A stretch of 55,332 nucleotides of DNA from the NCBI GenBank assembly GCA_964573455.1, contig CAZNJW010000005.1, positions 1 to 55,332 on the forward strand, given 5' to 3'. The position numbers and the translations under genes are program-made. Numbering within the stretch: position 1 is the stretch's first letter; each line of letters begins with the position of its first letter. This stretch comes from an uncultured Anaeromyxobacteraceae bacterium. Lineage in GTDB: Bacteria > Myxococcota_A > UBA9042 > DTJE01. Positions 38,175 to 47,080 of this stretch are shown piece after piece. Under the pieces are notes generated by a model. It ran no database searches and had not been told where the DNA came from. It saw only the letters and a program-made list of their open reading frames with translations.

Positions 38175-40001
38175 CTAGAAGTAGTACCAGATGGAACTGT
38201 AGTCCGAAGGCTTCTCGCCGATAGCGTTCAGGCGTTTCAGGTAGTCGAGAATGGGCACGTCCTCGCCGACCCATGTTCTGCTGGGGGCGATTTTCTTCTC
38301 CCACGGATGGAATTCGTAAACCCTGGCGCCGTTCGGTCGGACCGAGATCAGGTCACGGTGTTGCGGGGAATTCAGGTAGTTCTTGCCCAGCCCGGGCACG
38401 TTGTAGACCGCTTCATCGGTTCTGGCCAGTCCTGGAAGCAGACGTGCCTCCTCCTTCTGTTCCTGAAGGATCCGGGCTATCGGCACGCGGTAGTCAACCG
38501 TCTCCTGTTTGCCCTTCGGATAAAACGTGTAGTACGGGTCGACCCCGCAGCGTCGCAGCAGACGCCGCAGGGCTGCCGCCTCGAAGCGACGCGAAACGAA
38601 GAACGTGTAGACCAGCTGGTTGTATACCGGAATCCCCTGGCGTCTGAGCAGGTCAATCGCCTTGACGAAGTCAGGGGTGATTTCGGCCGGATGCTGGGCA
38701 TGGGTGACAACGCAGATTTCCCTGACTCCCGGCACGCGGTATGACCCGAGAAGCGCCGCAAGCTCGGGAGTGATTCGCATCGGCATCGTCAAAGGGGTTC
38801 TGGTTCCAATCCTGATGCGTTCGATATGGGGCATCGCCGCGATCCTGTCCAGGATGCGCTTGATGGCGACATCGGTCATCATCAGCGGATCGCCGCCGGT
38901 CACCAGGACCTCCTGAAGTCCAGGATGATCCCCGAGCCAGTCCAGCGCGGCCTTGACGCGATCGCTTCCAACGATGGCCTGCTCGGAAAGAGGCTGACCA
39001 ATCTCCCAGTTGCGCTGGCAGTACACGCATATCTGCGGGCACGAGTTCCAGGGTTTCATTATGGCTATGGCCGCGTATCTTCTGGTGACCAGATCGACCG
39101 GGGAAGTGTCCGACTCAAGCATGTAATCCGACGGTCCGCATCCCACTCCATCCGCCTCGAACGCGTCGATGTAGCTTTCCGGTGGGATAACCTGTGCCCT
39201 TAACGCCGTATCGTGGCCGCCGGTTGTCCGGTCGTCAAAAAGAGACGCGTAGTAAGGGGTGACTGCCATGGGAATCCTGTGTTCCCTGGCGCGGGAAATG
39301 CGTTCTATCTCGGAGGCGGAGAGACTGGCCATCGCGGCAAGCGTAGTTTCATTGGTCGCAAGATGTCGCATCTGCCAGCGCCAGTTAAGGAATTCCTCTG
39401 GTCCGGCCCCCAGTTCCGAAGCGATTCGTCCGGCGGCGATGCCTCGCCGCTCAATCATCACGGGATCGAGCCCGCCCGCGAACCTGCCCATCGCGGCGTT
39501 CATCTGATCCGCGAGCCGATCGAGCTCGTCCGATCTGACCGTGGCCGCCTCGCGACCGCTCAGACTGGCCGAAGCCGGCAGCGCGTCCGAGCCGTGCAAC
39601 CTGACTTTCCCCTCGACTCCGCGAACGAGATGACAGATTTCGGCCCAGAAGCCCTCGTCCAAATCCGGCCGATCCAGTCCCGCTGCGGCATCGATCAGCG
39701 CCTGAAGCACGCTGAAGCCGGCCAGACTCTCGCTGCGGGGATGCAGTATTCCGCGCCATGCCCTGGCGCAGTCGCGCACTACAACGCGATCCAGGTCATG
39801 CATGTCGTCGGTTGAACTGTATGTCTCGAAGTGCTTGAGATTGACGCGATCCAGAATGCGCCGTCGGATGGTCTCGGATTCACCGGGTGAGGCAAAGAGC
39901 GCGAGCCATTCGGACGCCTCGTTAAAAAAGCGTCCGGCATCCCAGCGGTCGGCGAATTCTGTGGTGGATTCCAGCATTCCGTTGTGGTGTTTCGATGTCA
40001 T
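38175..40001 (-). CDS. KamA family radical SAM protein (lysine 2,3-aminomutase-like), long form
   Basis: WRWQMRH, PMAVTPYY, CPQICVYCQR (CxxxCxxC), VTGGDPL, RIGTR, VYNVPGLGK; AGGAGG RBS before ATG 40001. Confidence 0.88.
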   Translation of the reverse strand: MTSKHHNGMLESTTEFADRWDAGRFFNEASEWLALFASPGESETIRRRILDRVNLKHFETYSSTDDMHDLDRVVVRDCARAWRGILHPRSESLAGFSVLQALIDAAAGLDRPDLDEGFWAEICHLVRGVEGKVRLHGSDALPASASLSGREAATVRSDELDRLADQMNAAMGRFAGGLDPVMIERRGIAAGRIASELGAGPEEFLNWRWQMRHLATNETTLAAMASLSASEIERISRAREHRIPMAVTPYYASLFDDRTTGGHDTALRAQVIPPESYIDAFEADGVGCGPSDYMLESDTSPVDLVTRRYAAIAIMKPWNSCPQICVYCQRNWEIGQPLSEQAIVGSDRVKAALDWLGDHPGLQEVLVTGGDPLMMTDVAIKRILDRIAAMPHIERIRIGTRTPLTMPMRITPELAALLGSYRVPGVREICVVTHAQHPAEITPDFVKAIDLLRRQGIPVYNQLVYTFFVSRRFEAAALRRLLRRCGVDPYYTFYPKGKQETVDYRVPIARILQEQKEEARLLPGLARTDEAVYNVPGLGKNYLNSPQHRDLISVRPNGARVYEFHPWEKKIAPSRTWVGEDVPILDYLKRLNAIGEKPSDYSSIWYYF

Positions 40002-40179
40002 CTGCCTCCTTGTAATGAGCTGCGTAGTCCGTCGAACCCAAGTCATTTTTTCAGACTCATTGACTCTGTGTCAACACTAGTCTTTGTTTGTGTTGATTAT
40101 CGGTGTGTTGGTCCGGTCTGCACACTCCGTCACGGCATTCGCTGCAGGAGCCGGCCAGGCGGTCGCTTCCGAACTTGTC

Positions 40180-40386
40180 TCATTCAACAGGTGTTTTCTG
40201 CGCGAAGTTCTCTCTGTTGCGCCTGCCGTCGGGGCATCTGAAGCAGGCTCGGCGCCGTCTCTGGTAGACGTCCGCGTCAACGAAGTCGGACAGACACTTG
40301 TCAAGGGACACGACCATCCGTCGACTACGGCATTCGAAGGTGTCGTGCAGGCCCAGTTCTGCGGCTCTCTGGCAGGTGGTCTTCAT
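40180..40386 (-). CDS. Small Cys-rich hypothetical protein (68 aa)
   Basis: GAGGG RBS 6 nt before ATG 40386; MKTTCQRAAELGLHDTFECRSRRMVVSLDKCLSDFVDADVYQRRRRACFRCPDGRRNRENFAQKTPVE; same strand as both neighbours and fills the gap between them. Confidence 0.5.
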   Translation of the reverse strand: MKTTCQRAAELGLHDTFECRSRRMVVSLDKCLSDFVDADVYQRRRRACFRCPDGRRNRENFAQKTPVE

Positions 40387-40509
40387 AACGAGCCCTCGTT
40401 GAAGGATGACTTGTTTATGAATAGTCGGATTTATCATGTATTGGGAGAATTGGTGACTATGCTGAATTTCGGGCAGGAATGTTGCCCTATCAAGGGATAG
40501 GGAAATTTC

Positions 40510-41220
40510 CTATGCGATGTTCAACTCCTGTACCCAGAGCACGGCCCGTCTGAGCAGTTCCTGCGCGTCGGGAATGTTCAGCTTCTTTTTGATGTTTTCG
40601 CGGTGCGCGTCTATGGTCTTGACGCTGAGATTCAGTTCACCGGCGATCTGCCGAGACGACATTCCCCTGCCGAGCAGCTCGAACACCACCAGTTCGCGAT
40701 CGGTCAGTCTGTCCATGGGCAGTCGATCGTCGCCGCGGCCCTGACTGGCAATGGCCGCCAGAAATTTCTGTGAGATGTCGGGACTGAAGAAGAAACGCCC
40801 CGCGGCGATCTCGCGCACGCCTTCTATCACGCGGGCGGCGCCATGATCCTTCATGACGAAGCCCCGCGCGCCAGCGCGCAGAGCCCTCTCGGCAAAAAGG
40901 TTTTCGTCATGAACGGTGAGGATCAGAAAAGCAGCGTCGGAATTCATGGCCCGGATGTCCTTGAGCGTGTCAAGTCCCGAGCGCCCCCGCAGCGAGAGAT
41001 CCAGAATGATCACGTCCGGAGCCGCCGACTCCAGAATCGCGAGAGCGTCCGCGGCGCATGCAGCGCCCCCCGCGAATATCATGTCTTCCTCGGCCCCGAT
41101 TAGCTGTTCCAGGCCCTGGCGGAAGATTTCATGGTCATCGACGACCATGACTCGAATTGCTCCCCCTTCGTTCCTGGCACAGGATCTGTCCGGCCGAGCG
41201 AACCTGTCGGACGTTACCAT
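40510..41220 (-). CDS. NarL/FixJ-family DNA-binding response regulator (REC + LuxR HTH)
   Basis: VMVVDDH, ILDLSL, LTVH, GFVMK; LTDRELVV..GRGMSSRQIA..LSVKTIDAHRENIKKKL. No kinase adjacent. Confidence 0.93.
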   Translation of the reverse strand: MVTSDRFARPDRSCARNEGGAIRVMVVDDHEIFRQGLEQLIGAEEDMIFAGGAACAADALAILESAAPDVIILDLSLRGRSGLDTLKDIRAMNSDAAFLILTVHDENLFAERALRAGARGFVMKDHGAARVIEGVREIAAGRFFFSPDISQKFLAAIASQGRGDDRLPMDRLTDRELVVFELLGRGMSSRQIAGELNLSVKTIDAHRENIKKKLNIPDAQELLRRAVLWVQELNIA

Positions 41221-41359
41221 CACGGCCCCCCCGGATCGTCTGTCTGACCTGTTCATACTATTCCAAAGTGGAAAATTCGGAAACAGACAAATAGTGCGTG
41301 CCGGGATTGGCTTGCGTGCCGGGAGACTTCAAACGATCATTTCCAACGGAGGGATCCTC

Positions 41360-42256
41360 ATGGAAGCGATGCATTTCGACATGTTTGACCTTTTGGTCGT
41401 GGGGCCGGCCTTTTTTGAGGCATTTGTCCCATCGATCCCGTTTCCGCCCCCGGGTGAGGAGGCGTTCGTCGACGAGATTGGCCTGGGTCTGGGTGGCGCG
41501 TTGAACGCCGCGAGCGTGGCGGCGGCGCTTGGCATCAGAACCGCGTTCATGCATCCCCGCACAGGTTGGGAAGTCGATTCGATGGTCGCGCACTGCTGCA
41601 ACGCCACCGGGATTGTCGACCTGCCGTGGGGTGACGGCGGCAGGCCGTTCGTTTCACTGGTCAGATCGAACAGCCAGAACAGATCGTTTCTGAGCTGCGC
41701 CGACTGGAGCCTGTTCGATGCCTGTCCTTCGATTCCGCGGGCGCGGCATGTACACGCTGGAGGCCTCGTCGAGTTCAATCTGCTTCGCGGCACGCTGGAA
41801 AAGGCGCGCGCCCTGGGTGCGATGGTCAGCACATGCGCTGGGTGGAATCCGTCGGTTCTCGACCGTATGGCGCTCGAGCAATCCTGTCCGCTGGACATTC
41901 TTTTCATGAACGCGGACGAGGCTACCCGCATGTGCGGCGGTATTGATAGCGCACTCGAGTCTCTTCCCGGAAAGGTCGCTGGCCGGATTGTGATAACACT
42001 GGGATCGGACGGTGCCGTGGCGTCGTCCGGCAAGGACGTGGTGCGGCATCCGGCACCCAGGGTAGATGTCGTGGACACGACCGGGGCCGGAGACGCGTTC
42101 GCCGCCGCGTGGATTGCCGCAATGATTCGGGCGAGGCGCATGGAAGTCGACCTGGACGTGGTCGACTCGCTGAGATTTGCGTGCGATGTCGCTTCCAGGG
42201 TGGTCGGGATAAGGGGCGGTGTCGTGATGTCGCGGGATCAGGTGACTTCCAGATAG
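41360..42256 (+). CDS. PfkB family carbohydrate kinase
   Basis: GGALNAA, FMNADEA, VITLGSDGA, VVDTTGAGDAF; GGAGGG RBS before ATG 41360. Confidence 0.9.
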   Translation: MEAMHFDMFDLLVVGPAFFEAFVPSIPFPPPGEEAFVDEIGLGLGGALNAASVAAALGIRTAFMHPRTGWEVDSMVAHCCNATGIVDLPWGDGGRPFVSLVRSNSQNRSFLSCADWSLFDACPSIPRARHVHAGGLVEFNLLRGTLEKARALGAMVSTCAGWNPSVLDRMALEQSCPLDILFMNADEATRMCGGIDSALESLPGKVAGRIVITLGSDGAVASSGKDVVRHPAPRVDVVDTTGAGDAFAAAWIAAMIRARRMEVDLDVVDSLRFACDVASRVVGIRGGVVMSRDQVTSR

Positions 42257-43167
42257 CGTTGTTCCAGATCCTTGCCGCGTTTCACGCCACTCACGCTGGC
42301 ACCGGCCGCGATCGCCCCCGCCACTATGACCGAGACCGCCTGATCCGCGTCGCGGTCCACATTAGTCTCGAAGAGAACCTTCACACCGGATCCGTCATGC
42401 AGCGCGGTTGCGCCGCTTACCCCCGCCAACGCCAGAATACGCTGAAGGATGGCCTCGTTCAGGTTTCCGATGGTCAGGACGACTTCCTGGTTGCGTGAAG
42501 TCAGTTCGTCCATCGGGCCTGCGGAAACGAGACGTCCGTGGTTGATGATCGCGGCGTGAGTACACAGATCCTGGACCTCGGCCAGGTTGTGGCTGGACAC
42601 GACAACGGTCGCGGTCCCGGCCAGCGCCCTGATCATCTGGCGAATCGTGTACGCGTTTCTGGGGTCGAGTCCGGCGGTCGGTTCATCCAGAAGCACCAGA
42701 TCGGGGCGGCCCAGAAAGGCCTGCGCGATTCCGAAGCGTTTCATCATGCCGTGCGAAAGATGGCCGCCCTTCATCAACCTGGCGTTAGTCAGATCCACCT
42801 TTGCCAGGAGTTCGTCAGTCTGTCTGGCGGCCTCGATCGCGGTCAGGCCTCCAAGGGTTCCCAGAAAGACCATGCTGTCGAACACCGTTCGATCCGGATA
42901 GAACTTCGCGTCCTGGGGAAGTGCCGAGAGTCGGCCCGAGGAGAAGGGGAAGTCCTTGACCGGGAAGCCGAGAACCGTCACCGAACCTTCTGTCGGCCGG
43001 ACGAATCCGCAAATCATGGAGAACGTCGTCGTCTTGCCCGCGCCGTTCGGGCCGAGCAGCCCGAAGATGGAACCGGTCGGCACCTCGAGGTTCAGATTGT
43101 CGACGGCGACGAGGCTGCCGAACCGTCTCGTCAAAGAGGTCGTGACAACTGCAAGTGACTCTTTCAT
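42238..43167 (-). CDS. ABC-2 type exporter ATP-binding protein
   Basis: GPNGAGKTT, LSHGMMKR, LLDEPTAGLDP, SSHNL. Confidence 0.92.
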   Translation of the reverse strand: MKESLAVVTTSLTRRFGSLVAVDNLNLEVPTGSIFGLLGPNGAGKTTTFSMICGFVRPTEGSVTVLGFPVKDFPFSSGRLSALPQDAKFYPDRTVFDSMVFLGTLGGLTAIEAARQTDELLAKVDLTNARLMKGGHLSHGMMKRFGIAQAFLGRPDLVLLDEPTAGLDPRNAYTIRQMIRALAGTATVVVSSHNLAEVQDLCTHAAIINHGRLVSAGPMDELTSRNQEVVLTIGNLNEAILQRILALAGVSGATALHDGSGVKVLFETNVDRDADQAVSVIVAGAIAAGASVSGVKRGKDLEQRYLEVT

Positions 43168-44033
43168 ACGTCCCTCCTGACGATTCGCTGCCACGCCCCG
43201 GCGAAGAACAGAAGCCCGAATCCGAGGTATGCGCCCAGTCCGGTTACGATGTTCGCCGCGTGCGGGTACCAGAGCTTGTATCGGTACCACGAAGGAGAAA
43301 TCCAGCCGATGGAGTCGATTCCGCCGATGATCGACAAGGTGATCAGGCAGGCGAAGGTTACCAGAACGGTCACGACGGCACCGTCCACCAGGGACGAGAT
43401 CAGGGCGGTCAGTCCCAGGTAACAGAACCCGAAGACTACCGTGTAGCCCATGAAGATCAATGCCTGGGGAATGGCTGCCCCCACGTCGAATCCGTTAAGT
43501 TTAATCGAAACGTAGGCCAGGAACACGATCCACGAAAGAATGGCCGGCACGATCAGCAGAACCAGGTGTGACATGACCTTGCCCAGGACCAGGGACGTTC
43601 GCGAAGCCCGGAGCAGCACGAATCGGGCAGCCCTGGTGCGGATCTCACGGTTCAGCACGTCCGCACTAATCACTGCGATGAGCATTGGAAGGAACGTCTG
43701 GGTCAGCCAGAAAAAAGCCATGACCGCGAACGGAATCGAGGCAAGATGGTCGACAAGCGAACTGTCCTGACCGAGCTTCGTTGTCAGAAGCTGCTTGATC
43801 TCGTCCCTGGAGCCGTTCAGTTGTTCAGTCACGCCAGGTTCAGCGGTGACCTTGTTCTGGATGAAGGTCCAGATAACGGCGACCAGCAGCGCGAGGCCGA
43901 CGTACACGATGATGCTGATGAAAGCCTTCTTCGTCTTGAGCGCAGTCACCAGGTCGAAACCTGCGATTCGGAACGCCTGGTTGATTGTTGTTTTCAAATC
44001 GATGTCCCTCGGAAGACGGGCGGATTCTAGCAT
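43164..44033 (-). CDS. ABC-2 type exporter permease
   Basis: Six hydrophobic segments, D..NREIRTR..RFVLLRASRTSLVLGK motif; ATGA-type overlap with the ATPase. Confidence 0.82.
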   Translation of the reverse strand: MLESARLPRDIDLKTTINQAFRIAGFDLVTALKTKKAFISIIVYVGLALLVAVIWTFIQNKVTAEPGVTEQLNGSRDEIKQLLTTKLGQDSSLVDHLASIPFAVMAFFWLTQTFLPMLIAVISADVLNREIRTRAARFVLLRASRTSLVLGKVMSHLVLLIVPAILSWIVFLAYVSIKLNGFDVGAAIPQALIFMGYTVVFGFCYLGLTALISSLVDGAVVTVLVTFACLITLSIIGGIDSIGWISPSWYRYKLWYPHAANIVTGLGAYLGFGLLFFAGAWQRIVRRDV

Positions 44034-44085
44034 AGTGCGGGTTAGTCGGTGACTTTCAGTGTTTGCGTCGGTGGTGCCGGTTCGG

Positions 44086-45501
44086 TCACTGCGCCACTGG
44101 CGTGGTGGCCGGTATCTCGACGCGATCCAGTTCGTTTCCGTCGAGGTCCATGAAGCGCACCGTCATCTGGTCGCAGCCCGTCTCGACGATGGCGAAGTTG
44201 TGAACGTAGTTGTACGTCCACGGCTGCGGAAGGCCGGGGTCAGGCTCGCAGAACTGGTCGAGTGAACCGCCCAGGCCGCCCGGCAGCAGAAGGTTCACGT
44301 TGTCCAGCACCCCGTATTCGTAGCCGTGCATGTGACCGCTGAAGATGGCCTGAATTCCGTTGGCCGTGGCCAGAGCCATCAGCGTGACCCTCAGGCAGTT
44401 TTCGCCGTTGTAGCCATCGCAGCTTCCCCAGCCCTGGCTCCACGGTGGCTCATGAATGAAGAACAGACGCCACTGAGCCGTCTGGAATTCCTCGGACTCG
44501 AAACGCTTCTTGAAGAATGCAACCTCACCGAAGTCGGCCTCGGGCGGCGAGAAATAGAAATCGCGAATCCAGCCACCGCCAAGCCAGACGTTGCCGATGC
44601 GGTGATCCCAGTAACCCTCTCCGAAACCGACCTCGACCTCGTCTGGAATGCCGATTGGACTGACAAAGGTATTGAAGAACTCGTGTTCGCGGGTCGTGGA
44701 ACTCAGGCCCGTGTCATGATTACCAATGACGGTCCAGACGTTTACACGGCTTCCCAGGTTCTGCAGACCCAGCAGAGTATCGTCGTACTGTTCGACCTCG
44801 GGCTCGCGCACGAAGTCCCCGACACCAAAAACGAAATCGACACCCTCGTCGAGCGCGACCGCGGTCATCTTCCGCAGATTCTCGATGTTGCTGTGCGCGT
44901 CCGCGAACACCGCGAACTTCATGGGCGCCGGTGTGTCAGGCATGGTCCTGAAGGTCAGATCCTTTGTCTTCAATTCGCCAACGCGAGCGGAATATGTGAT
45001 TTCGGTGGCGGCGGGCAGACCGTCAAGGACGATTTCGTACTGTCCGTATTTGTCCGGCAGGCCGCATTCGCTTCGATTCTGATCGCCAACGATGAAGTCG
45101 ACGCAGCCTTCGTCGGTTGAAGGAGTGGCCGTACGCCACATCACGGTGGCCTTGTCGCGGTCCGACATCTGAATCAAGGGGCCCCGTTTGAAAGTCGAGT
45201 CCTCGATCAAGGACCATGTCGCGCCGGTCGGCGTGCCCGTGCATCCGGATTCCCAGTGGAATTCGGTCGTTTCGCTACCCGTGTCTTCAGAGTTCTGTGC
45301 GTCGTCCGCAACTTCTTCCGCCACCGCAACGTCCGCGGCATCGCCGGAAGCCACATCAGCGACATCCGCAACGTCGGCGCCCGCGTCAGCAACGTCGGCA
45401 ACCGCGACGTCCACCACGTCCCGGGTGCCCTGTCCGTCGCCGCAACCGGCAACGCCTGTTGCAGCGGCCAGCGCCAGGACGACAAAAGCGAGTCTTTTCA
45501 T
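44086..45501 (-). CDS. Metallophosphoesterase lipoprotein (purple acid phosphatase-like, FN3 N-domain)
   Basis: Lipobox VAGC, Asp/Ala/Val-rich linker, FADAH, GVGDFV, IGNHD, IHEP, SGHMH. Confidence 0.88.
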   Translation of the reverse strand: MKRLAFVVLALAAATGVAGCGDGQGTRDVVDVAVADVADAGADVADVADVASGDAADVAVAEEVADDAQNSEDTGSETTEFHWESGCTGTPTGATWSLIEDSTFKRGPLIQMSDRDKATVMWRTATPSTDEGCVDFIVGDQNRSECGLPDKYGQYEIVLDGLPAATEITYSARVGELKTKDLTFRTMPDTPAPMKFAVFADAHSNIENLRKMTAVALDEGVDFVFGVGDFVREPEVEQYDDTLLGLQNLGSRVNVWTVIGNHDTGLSSTTREHEFFNTFVSPIGIPDEVEVGFGEGYWDHRIGNVWLGGGWIRDFYFSPPEADFGEVAFFKKRFESEEFQTAQWRLFFIHEPPWSQGWGSCDGYNGENCLRVTLMALATANGIQAIFSGHMHGYEYGVLDNVNLLLPGGLGGSLDQFCEPDPGLPQPWTYNYVHNFAIVETGCDQMTVRFMDLDGNELDRVEIPATTPVAQ

Positions 45502-45592
45502 CTCGTACCCTCCGGAGTGTCAAACAGAATGGAACAGGCCGGGGTCGTTCCGTCGCGGATTCTAGCAGAAACGATGTCGTTGACGAACTCTG

Positions 45593-46975
45593 ATGTCGGG
45601 TATACACCGTATTGAGGGACGGATTCGGACATGTATGCGAGGGGTTCTGATGGGCTGCCCGGGTGCTGAAATCAGTCGTATCGGTGAAGCGACTTCGCTT
45701 CGCTTCGCTGTGACCGCCGTGATGTTTGCAGTGTCGGCGGTCGTCCTGTCGTGTTCGGGCGGATCCGACAGCGGGGACACCGGCCGTCCGGACGTCCAGG
45801 CAAGGGACGCAGTCCACATGGACGTCGTCCACATGGACGCCGCCCACATGGACGCGAAAACTTCGGATCTGGCGGGTGTGGACATCGTTAAACACGATCT
45901 GTTTCAAACCGATGTCGACGTGTCCGGCGACGCGGATGCGCACGTCGATACGCCCGATGCGCTGGCGCTTGGGTGTCATCCGGGCGACGGAACCCCACCT
46001 GAACCCGACTGTGACCATGCGCGACAGGTCGGTTCAATCTCGCACCCTATCTGCACGGTCGTTCCCGAAGGCGACTGTCATACGTTCTGGATGGGCGCGG
46101 CGCCGAACGCGATGTATCAGGTGCCTTCCCCGAACGAGGTGCCACGTCACAAGGTACACCTGACCTCGTACAAGATGTCCAGGTTTCCGGTGACGGTGGC
46201 CGAGTACCGGGCGTGTGTTCAGGCCGGCGCGTGCCAGTCGCTTGAGGGCGTCTATTGCCTGTCCGAGGACCTGAGCACGGGATTCAAACCGGTAGCCCCC
46301 AATTATTCGGACGAAACGAAATCAACCCACCCGATTGTCTGCGCTTCGTATTCCGATGCCCAGGCTTTCTGTACGTGGCTTGGTGGTGAACTTCCAACCG
46401 AGGCCAGGTTCGAGTACGCCGGTTCGGGGCCGATGACCCACGCTGAACAGATCGTGATGTTTCCATGGGGACAGAATCTTTCGTGCGACGGGCGGAAGTC
46501 CGACAAAGACGTGTGCCATGTCAATATCAAACCTGTCGAAAATACTGGTGATAATTGTAATAGCCAGAGTAATTCGGATCCGTTCGTGCAGACCTCGCCG
46601 GTTGGGTTTTTCAATGGTGACTTGAAAACTCGTGCTCAGGGTGGATGGACGGAAGGACCGGAAACGTATCAGACCTGCAGCGACATGGGCCCGTTCGGGC
46701 ACCATGATCTGACCCACAATGTGATGGAAATGGTTGCCGACGGACCTTCCAATTATGAAGACTGGGTGGATGGGGCCATCGATCCATCGATGCCGGCGAT
46801 GTGCGTTGGAATACAGACCAGAAACACCTCGTGGTTCTGGGAGGAGATTCATCACTGCCTGGTGACCAACCGTCACGAGCGGTGCATCGAACCTGGATCC
46901 CTGCCGACCGAGATGGAATACAACCGCGACGTGATGCGTTTTGACGATGTGGGCTTCAGATGTGCCTTTGAATGA
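45593..46975 (+). CDS. Formylglycine-generating enzyme (SUMF1/FGE-sulfatase) fold protein, probable lipoprotein
   Basis: F.MG...E.P.H.V.LTSY.MSRFPVTVAEY, AQAFCTWLGGELPTEARFEYA, SPVG, FGHHDLTHNVME, GFRCA; lipobox VLSC. Start uncertain. Confidence 0.8.
   Translation: MSGIHRIEGRIRTCMRGVLMGCPGAEISRIGEATSLRFAVTAVMFAVSAVVLSCSGGSDSGDTGRPDVQARDAVHMDVVHMDAAHMDAKTSDLAGVDIVKHDLFQTDVDVSGDADAHVDTPDALALGCHPGDGTPPEPDCDHARQVGSISHPICTVVPEGDCHTFWMGAAPNAMYQVPSPNEVPRHKVHLTSYKMSRFPVTVAEYRACVQAGACQSLEGVYCLSEDLSTGFKPVAPNYSDETKSTHPIVCASYSDAQAFCTWLGGELPTEARFEYAGSGPMTHAEQIVMFPWGQNLSCDGRKSDKDVCHVNIKPVENTGDNCNSQSNSDPFVQTSPVGFFNGDLKTRAQGGWTEGPETYQTCSDMGPFGHHDLTHNVMEMVADGPSNYEDWVDGAIDPSMPAMCVGIQTRNTSWFWEEIHHCLVTNRHERCIEPGSLPTEMEYNRDVMRFDDVGFRCAFE
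45806..45856 (+). repeat. 15-bp tandem repeats (gacgYNgYccacatg x3) encoding DAVHM/DVVHM/DAAHM
   Basis: Units at 45806, 45821 and 45836, in the linker of the FGE-fold protein. Confidence 0.85.
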
Positions 46976-47080
46976 CGTAATCATGGTATAGATCCGCCTG
47001 TCCGCGGTGCCCGACTGAAGTTGGCCGGCGCGCGATCCAGGATCGCTGTCGCGGGATGGTTCGGAAATGGAGGAAGCAAG

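Noticed and set aside
40002-40179. Lysine riboswitch upstream of the KamA-like gene
   Set aside because: Could not identify the conserved lysine-aptamer elements by eye.
40084-40500. Plus-strand 138-aa ORF and minus-strand 40077..40304 ORF
   Set aside because: No motifs or RBS; conflict with the better-supported 68-aa Cys-rich ORF and the kamA leader.
40916-41359. N-terminal extension of the PfkB kinase
   Set aside because: Antisense to the response regulator; a strong RBS supports ATG 41360.
45593-46975. FGE-fold protein as a diversity-generating retroelement target
   Set aside because: No reverse transcriptase and no second near-identical copy (template repeat) of its 3' end seen in the window.
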